DNA of 58,031 nt, filler included, from Jimgerdemannia flammicorona (taxonomy: Eukaryota), in NCBI GenBank assembly GCA_003990765.1. It is 2 parts of 2 records of this genome, joined end to end, with 100 filler letters (N's around TTAATTAATTAA, not from the genome) between each part and the next. Parts side by side here need not be neighbours in the genome. Positions count along the whole stretch, not along the records: positions 29,075 to 58,031 come from RBNJ01000531.1; 1 more part is not named here. One strand, written 5' to 3'. A program made the translations under genes and the position numbers. The notes under the pieces were generated by a model. It had not been told where the DNA came from. It was given only the letters and a program-made list of their open reading frames with translations, and did no database searches. Shown piece after piece: positions 50,001 to 58,031 of this stretch. Every line of letters starts with the position of its first letter. Position 1 is the stretch's first letter.

Positions 50001-52122
50001 GGAATGGAGAGTAGGAGAAGGGCCCACAATGCAGCTAGCTGCAACTTCTGTTATAATGTTATCAGAAATTACTTGAAGAAAGGCATGGACTGAAGATAGA
50101 TTATAGTATGACTGAGAGTAGCATGGGCCTGCAAAGCCTATACAGACACCATAGTATAGAGCAAGTAAGATAGTAGATAAGAGATGGTGATCAGGGAAGT
50201 CTCAAAATACAACTACCCAAACATTGGCTCATAAGTGAACTGTAGAGGGAGGGAAAATATCTAAAATATATTGGGCAGAGGTCAGGGAAGTAGAGAGAGA
50301 AAAGGTAAAGATGGTGTTTGGAGGTTGAGGGGGTAATATTGTAGAAGGGGCAGAAGGGAGGACTGTTATCAGAGCTTCAGATATATCTATAGAATCCTAT
50401 AATGTACATTGGAATACAGTATATACTTTTCCACAATAAGAATACTGATATTTATAGGGACAACCCATATAAGTGCAGTCTTGAATAAAATGTCAATGAT
50501 ACCAGCTCAGTTAATGTGGTTATAGTTGTAGTACATACCAGATAGAGGATATATATAGTTGAGAAGTTAAAGTCTGGTTATACTATACTGGTTTTCTTAC
50601 AGAATGAGAAGTCAATAGAGTGGACCCAGGGGTTTGGCTATAGAAGTGTGAGTGTAGTAGTAGATATAAAGACATCAGTTCACCATCCTGAGTAGCTCAG
50701 ACCATAGCAATCTCCTGTAGGCATAAGATATAGGAGAGTATAGAAGGATTAATCTCTTCGATAAAGTGGGGGTCATTTGGTATAAGCACTGATAGAGCTC
50801 AGATAATGAGTTTTCTGAGATCATGTAGATGGAAGATATTATTGTAGATGATAGCAGAAACTATTATAGAATTCATATTAGAGTATTTGATGAGATTGGG
50901 ACTATCATAGATAGATGGAAAAAAGCATGCACCTGTAGGCATTACAACAGGAAGTAATGTACCTGAAGATATTGCACCTAGAGGCATCATACCTGGAGAT
51001 ATTGTCCCTGAGAGTATTACCTCTGGAGGTATTACCTCTGAGGGCATTACTCCTGAAGGTATCACCCCTGAAGGCTCTACATCTAACTGCATTGAGGCAG
51101 GCATTGGGAATGACAGATAGAGCTTACTAGATAAGGAAAATAATCTGATGCTAAAAACAGAGGTGGTATGTAGGAATAACTTATAAAAGGGACATTGATA
51201 AGTAAGAGTTAGATATCAGAAAGACCCAGAGAAGCTGCTGAAAGTGGGAAGGTAGCTGGTGATAGTGAAGACCAAAAAATAGCTATTGTAGGTAAAGAGT
51301 ACCAAGGGCATAACTTCAGTATCTGAGGTATGAAAATATCTAAGATAGAGATGCCTGAAACTAGAACTAGTATTGTAAGAGTGCTGAGAACAGAACCAGC
51401 ACAGAATGGGAAATTGGTACTGAGGTAGCTAATACAGTACCAGAGGATATAGACTCAGTGAGAAAATCCAGATCAGAGGCTAGGTCAAGGGCATAATCTA
51501 AGATAGATGAGGCCTGGGCTTTTTTGAGATAGTGGTACAAGGAGGTGATTATCAAGTCTTACTTGGCAATATGGACATCTCAATCAGATGTAGTGAATGG
51601 AGGTGTGGAATCTGTATGAGAAGGGCCAGTAGTGGCTGATGTATCTGCAACAGGTTCACATATGGGGCAGCAGTTATAAAGTTGGTGAAGCACCAGCAGA
51701 GTAGCATTATCACCAATAGTTGAGGTGTAGGAAGCAATAGCTACCAGTATAGCATTGGTGTCTTGAGAAGGAGATATATATAGAAGCCAGTAGTGTGGTG
51801 TCTGAGAATTGGTCTCCTATGGAATAGCAGATCAGATAGGAGTTATGAGGAAAAGTCATTGTATTAGACATATTGATTAAAAAAAAAAAAATTGGATTGT
51901 GTATATATATAAAGGTGAAGTTTATATTATTGTTAGTTATATTTTTGCTATAATGATATAAATATAAATAATACAGTGAAAACTATATAGTAGTAATTGA
52001 GTAGGATGAGAAGAGGTCAGGATATTGACAAATATTAATTGTATAATTGCTAATTTTAAATGCATATTGCCTAATCGAGTAATACACATCTTTAATGCAA
52101 TATCTCTTCAGGATCCCTTCAT
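47057..52122 (-). mobile_element. Second, more decayed Ngaro/PAT-type YR retrotransposon (Ngaro-2, different family)
   Basis: Split direct repeats: ~52000-52122 = ~47268-47390 and ~47390-47531 = ~47060-47202. RT HLSWSY, FKVDLVNAF; RH WTDAS (~49420); YR RYSFHIGAT (~48171-48197). Confidence 0.88.
50925..51078 (-). repeat. 15-bp coding tandem repeat (PSGVI-like pentapeptide) in Ngaro-2 ORF1
   Basis: EPSGVIPSGVMPSEVIPPEVILSGTISPGMMPLGAISSG in track ORF 50799-51104. Confidence 0.8.
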
Positions 52123-52478
52123 CTTTTGACAAAATTTCCAAAATTGACAAGTCAAATAATTTCTAATATCAGTGAGTCAGACATTTTCTTTAATAACTCA
52201 GCAATATATAATCTGATTTCAAGTTCTTGGTATCATTAGAAAGGCCTTATTAAGGGCTTTTAAATGATACTAAGATTATTAAAATTGAATGATTATTCAT
52301 TAAGATATTGATGTAAATATTTAATTGTCTAATTTGGAAATCAAAATAATAGTTGATTCAAATGTATTCAAATTCCATCTGAGTTGATCCAGATTAACTT
52401 GTTTGAAGCACTATAAGTAGTAATGGCAGATGACTTAATTTGAATACAGATTCTCCTAAATTGTCAGTTTTTCTGGAA

Positions 52479-52577
52479 AATAACTCAGATGGTGGATAAT
52501 TCAGATAACTCAGATACCTTGGATAACTCAGATAACTCAGATAACTCAAATAACTCAGATGACTTAGAGAACTCATA
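52479..52577. repeat. 9-bp minisatellite (GATAACTCA)n within the E LTR
   Basis: About 9 imperfect tandem units. Confidence 0.85.
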
Positions 52578-55500
52578 TGGTGAGGATTCTTGGCAAGTTA
52601 TATCAAATACTAGCTTTATTTATATGAGGTTATATTGTAGTCTAGCTCTACTGTGAAGTTACATCAGATAGACTAGCTTGGTAAAAGGCCTATAGTGGAT
52701 GCTCTCTGAGAAATAACTCAGATAGTGGGCTCTCTGAGAAACAGTGGATTCTTCTCTTGGCAAAGTTATATTAAAACTGGCTTTATTTGTACAGAGTTAT
52801 ATTATAGACTAGCTCTACTGTAAAGTTATATCAAAAGACTGACTTTGTGATAAGAGGGATTTCAGACTTATCTAGCAAGTAAACCAAAAATATAGCAGAC
52901 TTCTCTTAAAAATGGCAGCTTTTTCTTAAGCAGTGGATTTCTCTTCAAATGGTGGCTCTTTCTTGAGCAGTGGATTTCTCTTTAAAGCTTTGTATCAGAA
53001 AGGAGACCAGAGTTGAAATGTGTTCTGAATTTCAGACTGAGGTTTATTCACTCTTATCTCTAGGATATTTTATACAAGTTGGTTACTATCTAGTTGCTAT
53101 GTAGCTAACTATAGGTTTACTATTTATAGTAAGTATTTCTGGATCAATATGGTATTCCTGGACCAGTATAGTATTTCTGGACTAATATAGTATACTAGAT
53201 AGATACAGATAAATATATCCTTTCTAGTATATCTGACTAACTATACAGATTGGTATAATAAAGCAGTCTTGGTTACTTAGTATACTAGATATGATATGTA
53301 GCTATTTTATAATTTTGGCAGAACAATTCTGCTGCTCATCACATCAACTCTCACTAAAGAATAGTCTGTCCTTAGACTATCCTTTAGTCATTATTCTAAT
53401 ATATATCAGTATCTTCAATATCTATATCTGAACCATTATCTTAATTTATATCTAGGTTACACTATTCTTCAGATTCTTCTTTTTCTTCTATGAATAGGAT
53501 TTCAATATAGTTAATAATACTCAGATAGGTAGCTAGATTCATTCCTTATACATATATTATATAGAAAGAACTGTATCTAAATCTATAATGAAATGTTCTA
53601 TTTATAAAGTATATATAGTCTGTCTGCAGTAATGGTATTTTTTCATATTAGGCCAGTGGAGTTTCTAATGTAGATTAGATCTATAATTATACAATTCTAC
53701 AACTATTCAACAATTATATAGTAGGCTTATAACTAGTAAACTTATAGTAAATATCTGGCCAAGGTAAGGTTCTCCTGATAGATCTGGATTTGCCAGAGAG
53801 GGTTCTGATTGACTTAACAAAATTGAGATAGAGGAACTAAAAGTGATTGGAATGAACTAAGGATAAGGGTCTGGAGGCACTGATCAATTCTCTGGTTCAT
53901 AGTATAGAGGAAGATATATCTTGAGGCAATTGATATATACTGGTATCCTCAGGGTTCATCTATCTATGCTTTTTAAATAGATACTATTATATTCAAAATA
54001 GGATCCTTCTCATTTGGACTCTAGTTTGGTAGCAAAGTTTGTTTTGATCATACTTCTCCAAACTAGTACTTGATCTCCAATCTTGATCTTCTAATTCTTT
54101 AACTTCTAATTATAGTACTTCTTTTGTCTTTTCTGAGTCTTGATAATCTGAATTTAGATTTGATTATATAATTATTCTGTCTTCTTGAGGAGGTCTCTGA
54201 GGTTCTCATGGTTAGTAGTTTAGGATTTCTTGCAAATATCATCTTGAATGATTTTTGTTTGGTAGAGACAGTAGGGGTATTTCAAATTTCTCATAAGATC
54301 TCAGATAAGCAGAGATCTCAATTGATAGAATTGACTCAGGTAAGTTCTTTCTTGATGGTTTGATTCATTTGTTCTATCATGGCTTTGGTTTGAGGATGGT
54401 ATGATATAGTCTATTTGAGATTAAGCTTGTAACTTAGGTATAACTTTTGATTATGTTATTGATAAATTCAGTGCCTCAGTCAGAGATAGGTTCTTCTGGA
54501 GGTCCATATCTGAGTGTGAGTCCATGGAGGAGGCCAACAATAGTCAGAGCATCAGTAATTTATATTGGAAAACTTTAAGCCATTTGGTCGGATATTCTAC
54601 AAATACTAGGATATATTTATTCTTTTTAATATAACTGGTAGAAGTCAAATAACATCTACTTCTCATCTTTGAAAGATATCTTCTGGTAGTATAATTGGTT
54701 GTAGTAGTGCTTGGTAGTTTTTCTTTCCTTAGTACTTTTGATAAGTGTTATATTTCTTAAGTTTATCTCAGACTTGTGTTCTGAGATTAGGCCAATATTA
54801 GTATATTATTCATAGCTTTTCTTCTATATTCATCTGTCCTTGGTGGGCTTTCTAGTGTTCTTTTCAAATGAGATCTTCTTGTACTTTGATGATCAGAGAA
54901 GCTTTCTTTAGAGTATAGATTCTCAGTATATCCTTTTTCTGATTCATTGAGGTTGGCAGAAAAAATATATCAATATTGTTGTGAGCTTTCTCTACTTTAT
55001 AGATAATGGTGATTTTGAAATTCTGTAAGATAAGAATCCAGTGAGTAAGAATCCTGGTAGGTTTCTTATAACTGAATAGCTATTTGAGAGCAGTATAGTC
55101 AGTTATTCTGATGAATCTTTTTTCATTAAGATAATACTTAAATAGAATAACTGTCTATATAACTGCAAGACATTCTAATTTAGTACTACCATAGTTGATC
55201 TACTACTGATTGGTAGCTTAGCTTATATAAGCTATCACATAGTATTATTGATCAAGTCTTTCTTAAGCTAGAACTGCTCTGAGACTATATTTGGAAGTAT
55301 CTGTATATAAGATGAATAGTTTTTATATATTGGACCAAATAAGGATTGGTTCTGTGGTCATATGATACTTGAGTTCTTTAAAGGCCAGTTCTTGAGATTC
55401 TATTTATTTATAAAGTACTTCTTTCTTGAGCAGTATTTAGATTAGGGTAGCAATTTGGGTAAAGTTCTTGATAAACCTTTTATAGTAAGACACTAGCATC

Positions 55501-55997
55501 AGGAATAATCATATTTCCTTTAAAATCTTAAGTACTGATCAGTTATTAATCTTCTTGGTTTTCTTTGGGTCTATATATATAGGTTCCTTTTTTTGAGACT
55601 ATAAATCTAAGAAATTTGAGTTTTTGTTTTCCAAAGTATTATTTCTTAGCATTGAGCCTCAGGTGATTCTTCCAGATAAGCTTGAAGAATTCTTCTAGGT
55701 AGTGCAGGTGTTCTTTGAAATTTGCTGAATAGATGTTGGAGTCATCTATATATATAATTAGACAGTAGTAAATCAGTAGGCTATAGATTAAGTTCATCAT
55801 TCTTTAGAAGGTAGGAGGTATATTACAAAGTCTAAAGGACATTCAGAGATACTCAAATAGTTTTTCTAGAGCAAAGAAGACTGTTTTTTAAATGTCTTTG
55901 AGATCTATGGAGATCTCATAAAATTCTGCAAAAAAGTCCATACTGCTGAAGTATCTGGTATCTTATAGCTGGTTCAAGAGGCTACTAATTCTGGGCA

Positions 55998-58031
55998 CCT
56001 TTAAACTAAAATCATCCACCAGCATACTCCCTAATAGAAGACAGTTCTACCTCTACATCTGGGATCTCTAGTCTATCTCACCCTCATCACTCTGCTACTG
56101 GAGGCCAATTTATTAAGCTCCATCAACTACTCTCTACCAGAATCCACTAAAGTACATCTTCTGGCTCCCCTCCAGTATCTCTAGAGAGAGCAAGTTACCA
56201 GATATGCCATAGAGAGAGAACTGTGCCTTCTATACTCTCTGCATAAGTGGCACTTACTCTCAGTCTCCCAACTTACTAGCTCACTTCAGCCACCATACTC
56301 TCAAGTAGTATAGGTGCTTAGTAAAGTCTACCAGACCCAGCCCTCTCTAGTCTACTAGCAATATCAATATCTCTCAGCCAATCTGACTCTATTGCCCTGT
56401 CCATATCTATGTCCTGGCCATCTTCAACAATCTCTTGACCACCTATACTGAGAAGTCTAAATGATATCCCAGATACCATAACTTAGACAGCTAATAAATA
56501 TTCAACACCATCACTCTTTTCACCAGAGAGATATATTGGCCACTCCACTCCAGGAGAGTATTTCTCTACTTAATTAGCTATTACTCTCACTATTCCCAAG
56601 ACAACAAGGAACCATATACTGAGAAGTAGATCTCTAGATACTAGACTGCTTCTCCTGTTGAGACAATTGTTCCAATCACATCCCCTCCTACTATCTCTCT
56701 ATCTAATACCAGAGTCTTGTACTTATGCCAGTTAAGCTTAGTATCTGAGTACTTCTTATACTATTCCACTGCTCTCTTCAGTACTGTTGCATCCTCCACA
56801 GAGCCCAGCCCTACTACTATATCATCAGTGAAGCCCCCCACCTTCTAGTTCACTTTCAGAATATTTAGCCCCCCACTCTGTACCTAATCTAGTCTAACAA
56901 TAGCTCTAGAGAGAGAGCATAAAGGATCAGTGACAGTGAGTCCCTTTGTAGCACTCCTCTGCTCTGAGGAAATGACTCTCTCTCTGTGCCTATTCATCAG
57001 AATAGCTACTTGATTTCCTACCAACAGACAGATCAAAGATTATCAAAACTCTAAGGGAACCCTCATACACTATAGCACCCCTTACAGCTATACTCACCAG
57101 ACCCTGTCATAGGCCTTCTCTTGGTCCAGAAACACTAGCTGACTATCTACCACTATAGAACATACTCTCTCAATGATACTATATATCTATACTATTCTGT
57201 CTCTTATTAAATAACCTCTGATGAAGTCCCTCTGCTCTGTCCCCAATATCTGCTGAGTTACTCCTTATAATCTAGCCCCCAATATCTTCATAACTAACTT
57301 ACAATCTATATCCAAAAGTAAGATCAGTCTGCAGTTTTTCTATTTCTCTCTTCTCCTCTTATTCTTATATAATAGAACTATAAGACTCAGATACTGTCCC
57401 CCAATCCAAGCCCCTGAGCTAATAACTTTATCACACATCTACATTATCTCCTCCAACACCAACTCTACACCTGCTATTCTCTTCCAGAAATCCCAAGATA
57501 AACCATCCTCTCCAGGAGGTGTCCCAAGACTCATCATCACTAATACTCTACAGATCTCCTCTTCTCAGACAGATACTCCAAGTTCATCTAAGCTCTCTGT
57601 TGGGTCTGAATACCAATCCTCCAGATGCTGTTCAATGTCCCAGACATCCTCTCCACCCTTCTCTTCACTCTATAATTGCTCTTATCAGAAACTCAACTGG
57701 CTCAAGATCTCTGGAGTTCTGATCACTAACTCTCCTACCTCATCCAATACTTCTTTCTACTGCTGCCTCACTCTTCTCACCAGCAGTAGCCTTGACAAGA
57801 ACTTCATAGGCCTCTCTCTCTCTTTTAAGCTCTGCCACTATAGCTAGGCTACTATACTCTTCATCTGTAATTCTTCCTCCTACTATAGCATCTTCTTCAG
57901 TTTCTCTACCTTCAGCCAGACCTGCTATACCCTCCAATCTCCCTCCTCTCTGTTATTCAGTAAAGCAGACCACCTCTCCAATAACTTCTCTAACCTCTGA
58001 GAAGTCCATCTTAAATAATATCTTCTCTGAG
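55998..58031 (-). mobile_element. Second decayed Tx1/L1-type LINE, ORF2 RT region, lacking its 3' end
   Basis: PPGEDGLSWDFWK (~57500), FLDQEKAYDRVW, GVLQRDSLS, GGFTDDIVV (~56825); colinear with ~700-2750. Confidence 0.9.

Larger units (their letters stand above)
46804..52397. mobile_element. Non-autonomous TIR element flanked by TTAA (piggyBac-like; ~520 bp when empty), interrupted by Ngaro-2
   Basis: TTAA|TCTGGAT at 46804 and ATCCAGA|TTAA at 52387-52397; 46845-47058 is the inverted copy of ~52180-52394. The superfamily is inferred from TTAA only. Confidence 0.7.
46369..55997 (-). mobile_element. D-family copy E: 3' LTR (46369-46803 + 52398-53343), accessory ORF, INT, RH and partial RT; ends at a LINE junction
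   Basis: TATAACATGCC (decayed TGTAATATGCC) at 46369; CATCACA at 53343 then the PPT rc; 53344-55997 colinear with 30706-33364. Confidence 0.88.

Overview
This 58 kb window is a eukaryotic, probably fungal (inference), transposable-element graveyard. I found no recognisable host gene, RNA gene or CRISPR array. It holds nested, mostly pseudogenised elements: (1) four pieces of a Tx1/L1-type LINE family; (2) Ty3/Gypsy LTR retrotransposons: a chromovirus-like element A, two related full-length elements B and C, a CpG-intact fragment F, and three copies of family D (D, D2, E); (3) two Ngaro/PAT-type tyrosine-recombinase retrotransposons with split direct repeats; (4) two kinds of short TIR element; (5) a 100-bp artificial contig linker at 28975-29074. 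Main observations, all from by-eye alignment: extreme transition-only hypermutation (about 52 transitions to 1 transversion between B's two LTRs, hitting CpG and CpA, with surviving CpGs mostly in TCGA); dUTPase in all four Gypsy copies where that region survives, at two different polyprotein positions; a shared uncharacterised accessory ORF after integrase, which in element C sits inside a 1.5-kb LTR; a Cys/His motif upstream of dUTPase; a ~0.4-kb inversion in D's pol that restores the reading frame on both sides when flipped; and the same LTR > MITE > Ngaro nesting twice. Most short ORFs in the track are fragments or antisense noise.
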